NCBI GenBank assembly: GCA_964484785.1
Contig: CAZAFD010000002.1
Coordinates: 1-50,123 of the forward strand
Direction of reading: 5' to 3'
DNA: 50,123 nt
Source of the DNA: an uncultured Rhizobiaceae bacterium
GTDB lineage: Bacteria; Pseudomonadota; Alphaproteobacteria; Rickettsiales; UBA1997
The notes under the pieces are model-generated. The model had not been told where the DNA came from. It searched no databases and saw nothing but the letters and a program-made list of their open reading frames with translations. Positions within the stretch are counted from its first letter, which is position 1. Every line of letters starts with the position of its first letter. Of the stretch, positions 38,566 through 47,019 are shown piece by piece. A program made the translations under genes and the position numbers.

Positions 38566-39087
38566 TTATTTATTCTTTTTTGTCAAAGACGACAAAATAA
38601 AAAATAGTTTTCTTTCCTCCATTTTAGGTTCTACATCAAGTTTAGATATATCGCTTAATTGCTCTATAATTTTGTCTGTTATTTCTTTTGATAAGCCCGA
38701 AAATATAATCTCTCTACCTTTAAATTTAAAAGTAAATTTAACTTTATTTCCGTTTTCTAAAAATTTTCTAGCCTGTTTTACTTTTGTATCAAAATCACCC
38801 TGTCCTATGTTTAAAGACATTTTAATTTCTTTTAGTTCCATTGTTTTTTGCTTTTTTTTGGAATCGTTCAATTTTTTCTGATTTTGATATCTTATTTTTC
38901 CATAATCTCCAATCTTACATACAGGTGGAATAGCGTCTGCTGACACTTGAATTAAATCTAATTCGCTTTCGCTAGCCTTTTCTAGGGCCTCAGCTATTGG
39001 CACAATTCCTAATACCTGTCCGTCTTGATCAATCAATCTGACTGTTCTTGCTTTTATTTCTGCGTTTATTTTTAGTTCGTTTATCAA
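38566..39087 (-). CDS. infC: Translation initiation factor IF-3
   Basis: 173 aa, with INELKINAEIKARTVRLIDQDGQVLGIVPIAEALEKASESELDLIQVS... The first in-frame start is TTG (39085-39087). There is no ATG near the expected N-terminus. Confidence 0.92.
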   Translation of the reverse strand: MINELKINAEIKARTVRLIDQDGQVLGIVPIAEALEKASESELDLIQVSADAIPPVCKIGDYGKIRYQNQKKLNDSKKKQKTMELKEIKMSLNIGQGDFDTKVKQARKFLENGNKVKFTFKFKGREIIFSGLSKEITDKIIEQLSDISKLDVEPKMEERKLFFILSSLTKKNK

Positions 39088-39221
39088 TTTGAAAAATTAG
39101 TTATTACTAAATAAATAGTGTTTTCCTTTATTTAAAAGCATTTTCTTTAGATTTCAATAAAAAATTAAAAGTCTTAGCTAATAACCTTATTATATTTTAG
39201 TTATTTTTAGTAAATAGAACC

Positions 39222-39544
39222 TGTTAATATGTTAATAAAAAGTTATTAACAGATTTATTAACAATAATTTAATAAAAGATAAAGCTTTAAATAAAAAGAC
39301 TTTTACAATGTTATTAACAATTTGTTAATAAAAAATAAAAAGTTATTAACATGTTAATAACTAGAAAAAAGGATTGTTAATAAAGCTGCTTAATTTGTTA
39401 ATAAATATTTTTTAACAAAGTTTTTAACAGGGTTATTAACAAGGTTATAAACATGGATATTAACATGTTGTGTTTGTGAAATGCACTATAAAATAAGAAA
39501 CATTGAAATTTATATTTGAGTACGTAAAATCCCGGTGTTAATAA
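39222..39544. repeat. Array of DnaA-box-like 9-mers (TTATTAACA / TGTTAATAA); candidate replication origin or iteron region
   Basis: Perfect TGTTAATAA copies start at 39230, 39323, 39352, 39375, 39396 and 39536. Perfect TTATTAACA copies start at 39243, 39255, 39311, 39343 and 39433. One-mismatch copies start at 39222, 39409, 39421, 39445 and 39457. The array lies in a 629-bp non-coding gap between divergent infC and the 39717 gene. Confidence 0.6.
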
Positions 39545-39716
39545 AAATATGTAAAAATGTTTATTAGATTTTTAGAAGGATTTATTACTGTTTTTCCTTT
39601 TGTTTCTATAAATGAAAAGTTAATTAGTTATTTTCCGCATGAAATATATAAGAACGATTGGAAAATTATAGGTAATACGTTAAAAACAATTTTAAGAAAC
39701 AATAAAGAACATAGAA

Positions 39717-40145
39717 ATGACAAGTAACACGAACGGACAAGAAAAATTAGAGGCATTTTTACCTCCTGTAGAATTATTGCATAAATACGAAGAATTAGGA
39801 ATGGGAGGAGATTTAATAGGGCTGATAAAAAAGGAACAAGCACATAGACATCAGTTACAAAAAAAATATTTAATGTGTTATAGATTTGGCCAAATACTGA
39901 GCTTCTTTTTGATAGCTCTAGTAAGTTGTGGAATATATAATTTATTTGTAAATGAACTTAAAATAGAGGCTTATATATCAATGGTTGCCCTAATTGCCAC
40001 AATGTTTGGTGTTTTGTTTATTATTAGAAAAGATAAAGCAGGTCTAGCCAAAATTAAACAAGTAGCATCTTTGAAGAAAAACAATACTATAGCACAAAGA
40101 TTTTCTAGCGGTGGTAGAAAAAATTTTTATAGAAATAGTAAATAG
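39717..40145 (+). CDS. DUF2335-like small membrane protein
   Basis: 142 aa. The segment LPPVELLHKYEELGMGGDLIGLIKKEQAHRHQLQKK, followed by two hydrophobic helices, matches the DUF2335 pattern as I remember it (PPPE.L..YE...PG...RI....E.EQ.HR). Confidence 0.55.
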   Translation: MTSNTNGQEKLEAFLPPVELLHKYEELGMGGDLIGLIKKEQAHRHQLQKKYLMCYRFGQILSFFLIALVSCGIYNLFVNELKIEAYISMVALIATMFGVLFIIRKDKAGLAKIKQVASLKKNNTIAQRFSSGGRKNFYRNSK

Positions 40146-40148
40146 AAA

Positions 40149-41123
40149 ATGCTAAATAATGAGATTATAGAAGCAGCTAATTTGTCAATAAAAATAGAAA
40201 TGAAGGCTTTGCAAAGCCTTCTGGATAACTCTACTAATCAAAGTTTTTGTGAACTAATCAATTTAATTCTTAACACCAAGGGAAAGGTATGTTTTAGTGC
40301 TGTTGGTAAGCCGGGATATATAGCACATAAATGTGCTGCTACTTTCGCTTCCACGGGAACCCCGTCTTTCTATCTTCATCCAACAGAAGCAAGCCATGGT
40401 GACCTTGGTATGATAGACAAGAAAGATTTGGTGATTCTATTATCAAATTCAGGGTCTTCTAACGAATTAAGAGACATAATTTTATATTGTAAACGTAACG
40501 GTATTACTCTTGTTACAATAACAAGAAATAAAGATTCATTTGTTTCTCAGGCTGGTGATTTATCAATAGTTTTAGAAAATGTTGAACAAACTAATCCTGT
40601 TAATTCACCAACTAGTGACATTATAATGTTTTTGGCTTATCTAGATGCGGTGGCTACTGTTTTAATAAAAGCCAAAGGTTTTAATCAAGATAATTTTAAA
40701 AAATTTCATCCTGGTGGAAAGCTTGGTGCCAACCTTATTAAGGTTGATGAAATAATGCATGTAGACAATCTTCCGTTGGTTTATGAAACCACAGATATGA
40801 GAGAAGCTTTAGACGAGATGATTTTTAAAAATTTAGGCTGTGTTGGTGTTCTTGATACAAATTCAAAAAAATTAATAGGAATTATTACAGATGGTGATTT
40901 AAAACGCCTTCTCAAGAGGGGTATAGGTTTTATGGAAGGTCAAGTAAAAGATGCAATGACCTTGTCACCAAGGGTTGTAAAACTTGGAGCCTTGGCTGTT
41001 GAAGCTGCTTCTATTATGAGTAATAAAGGTAAGTATGTACAGGTTTTGTTTGTGGTAGATGATGAATCACATGTTGTTGGATTCTTACATGTACAAGATC
41101 TTTTTAAAGCAAAAATTATTTAG
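40149..41123 (+). CDS. kdsD: Arabinose-5-phosphate isomerase (SIS + tandem CBS domains; KdsD/KpsF)
   Basis: 324 aa. The SIS motifs are GKVCFSAVGKPGYIAHKCAATFASTGTPSFYLHPTEASHGDLGM and LLSNSGSS. Two C-terminal CBS repeats are present. Confidence 0.88.
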   Translation: MLNNEIIEAANLSIKIEMKALQSLLDNSTNQSFCELINLILNTKGKVCFSAVGKPGYIAHKCAATFASTGTPSFYLHPTEASHGDLGMIDKKDLVILLSNSGSSNELRDIILYCKRNGITLVTITRNKDSFVSQAGDLSIVLENVEQTNPVNSPTSDIIMFLAYLDAVATVLIKAKGFNQDNFKKFHPGGKLGANLIKVDEIMHVDNLPLVYETTDMREALDEMIFKNLGCVGVLDTNSKKLIGIITDGDLKRLLKRGIGFMEGQVKDAMTLSPRVVKLGALAVEAASIMSNKGKYVQVLFVVDDESHVVGFLHVQDLFKAKII

Positions 41124-41128
41124 AATAA

Positions 41129-42040
41129 ATGTTCAATTTTTTTACAAAACAAGATAAAGATAAGGTAAAATCCAGCAAGATTGCTACAGGATTGAATGCT
41201 ATTTTTAATAGCAAGAAACTAGATGAGGAAATGTTAGATAAGTTAGAAGACTTATTATTGTCTAGTGATATTAGTGTTAGTATAGTTAGTGATATTATAA
41301 GGTTCTTAAAAAATAATCGATTTGATAAGGAAGTTAAATTATCAGATATAAAGGAAATTATTTATAATAAATTGGCTAGTATTTTTGCGGATTTGCCTAG
41401 TTCGAACCTGTTTAACTTTAGCGAAAAACCCTATGTGTTGGTATTTTTTGGCGTTAATGGATCGGGCAAAACTACACTTATAGGTAAATTAGCCAATAAA
41501 TTTAAGCTTGATGGTAAAAAAACTTTAGTGGCAGCTTGTGATACCTTTAGAGCTGGGGCTAGCGATCAATTAAGGGTTTGGACAGAAAGAAGTGGGGTTG
41601 ATATAGTTTTGCCAGAACGAGAGTTTCAAGATCCGGCTTCTTTAGCTTTTCAGGCATGTGAAAAAGCCCGTAAGGAAAACTATGATGTACTGTTAATAGA
41701 CACAGCTGGTAGGCTCCAAAGTAATACTAATTTAATGAATCAGCTAACAAAACTAGATAATATTTTAACCAAACTTGATAAAGGTAGGCATAAAAACTTT
41801 TTAGTTTTAGACGCCACTATAGGCCAAAATTCAAATACACAAATTGAGATGTTTAGTGGTGCTGTAAAAATTGATGAAATTATTATTAATAAAATGGATG
41901 GTACAGCCAAGGGTGGGGCCTTGGTTTCGATTACAGATAAGTTTAAAAAACCAATAGCATGTGTTGGTGCTGGTGAAAACATAGAAGATATTTATACTTT
42001 TGATTATAAGAATTTCTTAAAAAGTTTATTAGATTTATAA
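41129..42040 (+). CDS. ftsY: Signal recognition particle receptor FtsY
   Basis: 303 aa with an NG domain: GVNGSGKTT, DTFRAGA, DTAGRLQ and INKMDGTAKGG. Confidence 0.94.
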   Translation: MFNFFTKQDKDKVKSSKIATGLNAIFNSKKLDEEMLDKLEDLLLSSDISVSIVSDIIRFLKNNRFDKEVKLSDIKEIIYNKLASIFADLPSSNLFNFSEKPYVLVFFGVNGSGKTTLIGKLANKFKLDGKKTLVAACDTFRAGASDQLRVWTERSGVDIVLPEREFQDPASLAFQACEKARKENYDVLLIDTAGRLQSNTNLMNQLTKLDNILTKLDKGRHKNFLVLDATIGQNSNTQIEMFSGAVKIDEIIINKMDGTAKGGALVSITDKFKKPIACVGAGENIEDIYTFDYKNFLKSLLDL

Positions 42041-42507
42041 TGTCAGAAACATATAAAATAGTCGCTCAAAACAAGAGGGCTAGATACGAATATTTTATTG
42101 AAGATGAGTATGAGGCTGGCTTGGTACTTTTGGGTTCCGAGATAAAATCTTTACGTGGTGGCAAGGCCAATATACAAGATGCTTTTGTAGAATTTTCTAA
42201 AGATGGACAGTTATATTTAATCAATTCTTACATAGCTCCTTATAAGATGGCTATTTTATTTAATCACGAACCATTAAGAAAAAGAAAATTACTTTTACAT
42301 TCTAGACAAATTAAAAAGATTATAGGTAAAATCAAGACCAAAGGAATAACTGTTGTTCCTTTAGTCTTATATTTTAATAATAAAAATATAGCTAAAATTA
42401 AAATAGCCGTAGCTAAGGGTAAAAAACTATACGACAAGAGACAAACTCTTAAAGAGAGAGATCAAAAAAGGAACGAGCAAAGGTTATTAAAAGATAGTAA
42501 TTATTAA
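42040..42507 (+). CDS. smpB: SsrA-binding protein SmpB
   Basis: 155 aa, with NKRARYEYFIEDEYEAGLVLLGSEIKSLR... and a basic C-terminal tail. The start overlaps the ftsY stop (TAATG). Confidence 0.94.
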   Translation: MSETYKIVAQNKRARYEYFIEDEYEAGLVLLGSEIKSLRGGKANIQDAFVEFSKDGQLYLINSYIAPYKMAILFNHEPLRKRKLLLHSRQIKKIIGKIKTKGITVVPLVLYFNNKNIAKIKIAVAKGKKLYDKRQTLKERDQKRNEQRLLKDSNY

Positions 42508-42516
42508 AAAAGTTTT

Positions 42517-43338
42517 ATGGCAGATTCTTTTGAGGAATTAATAGCAATAGAGGAAGGCAAGGGGTTTTCTAAAGAGGAGTTTTTTTTATATGTTAATTTA
42601 TTTCTTTTTCTGAAGTTTGCTGAGCATCTTGATACCTTAAAGGGAGAAAAAATTAAAAGGATAAAATATTACTTCTCCAATGCTTTTGATATTTTATACA
42701 ACAGTTCATTTAAGACAGATTTTTTAGAGACTTTAATAGACTTTTCTAATTTTAAGAACAATATCTTGATAGAAGCAATGTTTAATTCTCTAAACATTAG
42801 TCCTTCTTATTTAGATGATGTTGATTCTAGAAAGAGAGTGGTTTTTATTATAATGATTGCAGTTTTATTTGCTTTAAATGGATATCGCGAAATTGTAAGA
42901 TTATTACGTAAACCACTTAGTTTTGCACCCAACCTGGAAAGCAAGATTAAGAGATTGGCCGAATCTGATTGTTCTGCTTTTTTACAAGAACTTAATGCTG
43001 GTCATTTTAATCGCATCATTCAAGATAAACAGGGTAATTATATTAGTGTTTGTGAAAAGATGGTTAGGTCTGCTTTAGAAAAGTCTCAATATCATAACCA
43101 TATTAAGCTCAGACAATTTATTCGATACGGCAATGATATAGATAATAATTATAAAAACTTAAAGAACTTGGATTTTATAATGGATTTTAGTCATTTAAGA
43201 AGAGTATATAGAGCACATATGAAGTCTGAACATCAGTTTCTTTATGAAAAAGCATTTTTCAGAGATCTTCCTAAATTTTTAGCTAATATAAGTCAGTACA
43301 ATAAAAAGGATACTGCTCCAGCTATAAGTGAGAATTAA
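42517..43338 (+). CDS. Hypothetical protein (no recognisable family)
   Basis: 273-aa ORF, co-directional and tightly spaced (9 nt) after smpB. It has one hydrophobic segment (VVFIIMIAVLFALNGY). Its 3' end overlaps the convergent ruvC by 17 nt. Confidence 0.55.
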   Translation: MADSFEELIAIEEGKGFSKEEFFLYVNLFLFLKFAEHLDTLKGEKIKRIKYYFSNAFDILYNSSFKTDFLETLIDFSNFKNNILIEAMFNSLNISPSYLDDVDSRKRVVFIIMIAVLFALNGYREIVRLLRKPLSFAPNLESKIKRLAESDCSAFLQELNAGHFNRIIQDKQGNYISVCEKMVRSALEKSQYHNHIKLRQFIRYGNDIDNNYKNLKNLDFIMDFSHLRRVYRAHMKSEHQFLYEKAFFRDLPKFLANISQYNKKDTAPAISEN

Positions 43339-43813
43339 AACAAGTATTATTAATGTGACATATAGCTATAGCTAAAGCATCTGCTTCATCTTCAGTTTTG
43401 GTTGACGATAAGGGCAGTAAACATTTAATCATTGTTACTATTTGGTCTTTGTGAGCCTTGCCGATACCTGTTACTGCCTTTTTGACAGCGTTTGGTAGAT
43501 ATTCAAAAACATCCAAGTTATTCATTCCAGCAGCCAAAATAGCGGCTCCACGTGCATGACCCAATTTTAAAGAGGATACAGCGTTGTTATTCATAAAGGT
43601 TTGTTCTATTGCAAAAGACCTTGGTTTATAGGTCTTTATTATTGTGTCTATATTAGTATAGATGTTTTTTAATCTTAGTTCTATAGGTAGTTTTTGTTCA
43701 GTAAAAATAGTGCCACTATTTATATAAATTAGATTATTATTATCTAAACCAACTATCCCCCAACCGGTTTTGAGTAAACCAGGATCTATTCCTATAACTA
43801 TTTTATTCAACAT
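43322..43813 (-). CDS. ruvC: Holliday junction resolvase RuvC
   Basis: 163 aa, with IGIDPGLLKTGWGIV, ...FAIEQTF... and ...DEADALAIAICH. Confidence 0.93.
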   Translation of the reverse strand: MLNKIVIGIDPGLLKTGWGIVGLDNNNLIYINSGTIFTEQKLPIELRLKNIYTNIDTIIKTYKPRSFAIEQTFMNNNAVSSLKLGHARGAAILAAGMNNLDVFEYLPNAVKKAVTGIGKAHKDQIVTMIKCLLPLSSTKTEDEADALAIAICHINNTCFNSHL

Positions 43814-46319
43814 CTTTAATAGATTTTAGTAACATTTCATCTAGAGAAGTTTCGTCATCAATTTCTACTTCCTCTGTAGCATTTATTATTGATTCTTTGT
43901 CGTGATATAAATTATCGATGGTTTTATCACTATTAATTTTAAAGGCTTCAAATATTATATCATTTTTGTCTGAACTTAAGTTTGGCTTTTGTCCAGTCTT
44001 ATTATCTATTTTTATAAATTCTATGTTTTCAGGAACTCGAAATGGTATGTCGGCCTTATCTTTTAAAATATTTTTCATAGCACTAACGAAAATTGGTAGA
44101 GCGGTTCTAGAACCTGTTTCTTCATCTCCTAGACTGATACTGTTATCATAACCAACATAAACTCCCATCACAAAATCTGGGGAAAATCCTATAAACCATG
44201 TGTCCTTATAATTATTGCTGGTGCCTGTTTTTCCACCAATTGTTTTACCTATAGCTTTAGCTCTCCAACCAGTACCGTTTTTAACAGCATCTTCCAAGAT
44301 ATAAATTATTTGGTAAGCGTTGGCTGGATCTATGATGCTTTTTCTCTTATCTTTTAGTTCTGGGATCAAGACTTTATCAATGTTCTCTTCTGTGACTATA
44401 CAGAAAGGGCACTCCCTATTGTCCATTCTATAAATTATTTTGCCGTATTGATCTTGAATTTTTTCTATAAGATTTAGATCGATTTCTTTACCTCCATTGA
44501 CCAATATAGCGTAGGCTCTGGTTAAATCTATTAGTTTTGTTTCTAAAGAACCTAGAACCATAGAATATAAAGCTTGCGGCTGTTTGTTTATATTTAATCG
44601 CCTTATCATTTCTGTAACTTTATTTAGACCAAGTTGGTCGGCTAATCTAACCGTTGCAACGTTGTGTGATTTTTTTAGTGCTGTCCTCAAGGTTATGGGG
44701 CCATAATACATATCAGCATAATAGTTGTGAGGAGTATATGGTGGTAAACCATATCCTTGATCTAGAGTAATTTCTTCATCTACTACTATGCTTGCTGGAC
44801 TATATCCGTTTTCAAAGGCAGAAAGATATACAAAAGGCTTGATTGTAGAACCGATTTGTCTTGTGGCTTGAGTTACTCTGTTGAAGTTTGTTTCAGAGTC
44901 TATATAGCCACCTACCATACCCAAGATTCTACCAGTATGAGGATCTAACATAACAGCGCCGCCGTTTGTTACTGGTACTTGTCTTAATAAATATCCAGAG
45001 TTTTGGCTGGCTTTAACTAGAATTACATCTCCCAATCTTATATTCAGATCCTGTATTTTAGTAGCTACTTTTTTTTGTGCCTTGTCTTCCCGAGATATAG
45101 CCCAATTATTGGATTTAAAATCCAGATAGCTTGTTATATAATTTTTACCATTGATATTTACTGTAATATCATACAAATGTTGTGTTTTTGTATCTAGTAG
45201 ACCAATTTTAGCACGATTATCTTTATTATTTATGTCTAATATTACGGCTTTTAGCCAGCCGTTTCTAATATAGCTATTTGTGTGGAAGGTTGCTAATTTT
45301 TCTGGCCAGGTATTTTCAAAATCTGTATCATCATATATATTACCTAGACTGCCACGATAACCATATCTTCTTTCATAAGCTTCTATCCCGTTTTTTAAAG
45401 CTTCTCGCATGGCTTCTTGTATATCTGGATCTAGTGTTGTTGTTATTACTAAACCTCCAGTTAAGAGAGTGTTTTCATCGGTAAGCTCGATTATTTTTTT
45501 TCTGGCGTCTTCAGTAAAAGAACCAGCTATAAAGTATTCAGAAGATTCTTTTTCTGAAACGTGTATCTCGGTTTTTATGGCTTTATCCATTTGGTCCTTT
45601 GTGATAAGGCCTTTTTCGTATAATCTTCCTATAACCCAATTTCTACGTTTTAATGCTCCGCTATAATTTACCTTTGGGTTAAGGTGTCCTGGTGCCTTGG
45701 GTAGGGCTGCCAGTAGAGCTACTTCTTCTATTTCAAGATCGTCTAACGACTTATTAAAGTAGTTTAATGCTCCGGCTGCTACACCATAGGCTCTAGCTCC
45801 TAAAAATATTTGATTTAGATATAGTTCTAGAACCTTATTTTTTGGTATAGCTCTAGTGATCTTAAGCGATAAAATTGCTTCTTTAATTTTTCTTTCAAGT
45901 GTCTTATCGTTAGTTAATAAAAAATTTTTTGCTACTTGTTGAGTAATTGTGGATCCTCCACGTATTTTACGTGAATCAAAATTAGATCTCGCATTATCTA
46001 TGGCTGCAGATATGATTGATTTTATACTGATTCCAAAGTGATAATAAAAATCTGCGTCCTCAGCTACTATAAAAGCATCTTTTACTAATTTTGGAATATT
46101 ATCAATCGGCACAAACAGTCTTTTTTCTTTGGCGTATTCTTTTAGTAAACGGCCATTATTGGTATAAAGTCTACTTGTTAAAATTGGATTGTAATTCTTT
46201 AGTTGTTCGATACTTGGTAATTTAGCGTTATAATAATTAAAAATGCATATTGAAACTAGTATGCCTGAAGCTGTACCAATTAAGAATAATGATGTTAAAA
46301 GACGTAAAAATTTTTTCAT
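43803..46319 (-). CDS. mrcA: Bifunctional class A penicillin-binding protein (PBP1A)
   Basis: 838 aa. The glycosyltransferase motifs are EDADFYYHFGI, GGSTITQQ and RKIKEA. The transpeptidase motifs are STIKP (SxxK), SHN and KTGTS. Confidence 0.93.
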   Translation of the reverse strand: MKKFLRLLTSLFLIGTASGILVSICIFNYYNAKLPSIEQLKNYNPILTSRLYTNNGRLLKEYAKEKRLFVPIDNIPKLVKDAFIVAEDADFYYHFGISIKSIISAAIDNARSNFDSRKIRGGSTITQQVAKNFLLTNDKTLERKIKEAILSLKITRAIPKNKVLELYLNQIFLGARAYGVAAGALNYFNKSLDDLEIEEVALLAALPKAPGHLNPKVNYSGALKRRNWVIGRLYEKGLITKDQMDKAIKTEIHVSEKESSEYFIAGSFTEDARKKIIELTDENTLLTGGLVITTTLDPDIQEAMREALKNGIEAYERRYGYRGSLGNIYDDTDFENTWPEKLATFHTNSYIRNGWLKAVILDINNKDNRAKIGLLDTKTQHLYDITVNINGKNYITSYLDFKSNNWAISREDKAQKKVATKIQDLNIRLGDVILVKASQNSGYLLRQVPVTNGGAVMLDPHTGRILGMVGGYIDSETNFNRVTQATRQIGSTIKPFVYLSAFENGYSPASIVVDEEITLDQGYGLPPYTPHNYYADMYYGPITLRTALKKSHNVATVRLADQLGLNKVTEMIRRLNINKQPQALYSMVLGSLETKLIDLTRAYAILVNGGKEIDLNLIEKIQDQYGKIIYRMDNRECPFCIVTEENIDKVLIPELKDKRKSIIDPANAYQIIYILEDAVKNGTGWRAKAIGKTIGGKTGTSNNYKDTWFIGFSPDFVMGVYVGYDNSISLGDEETGSRTALPIFVSAMKNILKDKADIPFRVPENIEFIKIDNKTGQKPNLSSDKNDIIFEAFKINSDKTIDNLYHDKESIINATEEVEIDDETSLDEMLLKSIKDVE

Positions 46320-46362
46320 ATTAAAATTTGGATCAGTATTTCCTCTCTAATAATAACAATAA

Positions 46363-47007
46363 TTATAAATATTTTGTTAATATTGTTAAGATTTTCTTCT
46401 GTACTTCCTCTATATTTAGTTCAGTTACATTCAAGATCTTACATCGATTACTTTCTTCTTGAGATAAACGCTTAAATCCTTCTCTTACTCTTCTATGGTA
46501 ATCTAATTCCATATCCTCAAATTTATTTTTAACACCCCGTTTATTGGCGCGTTTTAGTCCTTCTTCTATATCTAGATCTAAAATTAATGTTATATCTGGT
46601 TTAAAGTCATCTAATACTATTTTTCTTATAGTGTTAATCTTATCAATATCAAATTTATAGCCGTATCCTTGGTATGCCAAACTTGAATCAAAATACCTAT
46701 CAGAAACAACAGTAATATTTTGTGAAAGTAATGGTTTTATTTTTTTAACTGTATGTACTCGTCTTGAAGCATACATCAAAAGGAGTTCTGTTATACCATC
46801 CCATTTGCCCACTCCACCATTAAATAGTAGAGATCTTATTTCTTCTGCCTCGTCGCAGCCTCCCGGTTCTCTTGTCCAAACGGCCTGTATACCTTTATTG
46901 TTTAAATAATCGACCAATAGTTTTGATTGAGTGCTTTTGCCAACTCCCTCTGGCCCCTCAAATGTGATAAACTTACCACGAAGTTTTTCTAAATTTTCCA
47001 TTTTCAA
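46363..47007 (-). CDS. tmk: Thymidylate kinase
   Basis: 214 aa, with P-loop FITFEGPEGVGKST and DRYFDSSLAYQG. The track start is TTG at 47007. ATG at 47001 (MENLEKL...) is more likely. Confidence 0.92.
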   Translation of the reverse strand: MKMENLEKLRGKFITFEGPEGVGKSTQSKLLVDYLNNKGIQAVWTREPGGCDEAEEIRSLLFNGGVGKWDGITELLLMYASRRVHTVKKIKPLLSQNITVVSDRYFDSSLAYQGYGYKFDIDKINTIRKIVLDDFKPDITLILDLDIEEGLKRANKRGVKNKFEDMELDYHRRVREGFKRLSQEESNRCKILNVTELNIEEVQKKILTILTKYL

Positions 47008-47019
47008 ATTATGTTTTTG

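Noticed and set aside
39314-39328. CtrA-box-like TTAA-N7-TTAA (TTAAcaatttgTTAA)
   Set aside because: Every 9-mer copy contains TTAA, so one pair falling at the 11-bp offset is expected by chance. The other pairs are spaced 8, 12, 14 or more bp apart. This is not enough to call a CtrA site.
39222-39544. Could the repeat array be a CRISPR array or a mobile-element terminal repeat?
   Set aside because: The units are only 9-12 bp, occur in both orientations and have irregular short spacing with no unique spacers. There are no cas, transposase or integrase genes anywhere in the window.
39557-39727. 56-aa ORF (MFIRFLEGFITVFPFVSINEK...) just upstream of, and overlapping, the DUF2335-like gene start
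   Set aside because: It is below the track threshold, has no motif and no obvious Shine-Dalgarno sequence, and lies in the putative regulatory or origin region. I cannot support it as coding.
39628-39843. 71-aa minus-strand ORF
   Set aside because: It is antisense to the start of the DUF2335-like gene and extends into the intergenic region. Its Leu/Phe-rich translation is typical of AT-rich noise.
43322-43338. 17-bp convergent overlap between the 273-aa ORF and ruvC
   Set aside because: It is probably just compact genome architecture, or a slightly over-extended hypothetical ORF. No hairpin or other structure is visible in the overlap, so I did not report it as a regulatory feature.
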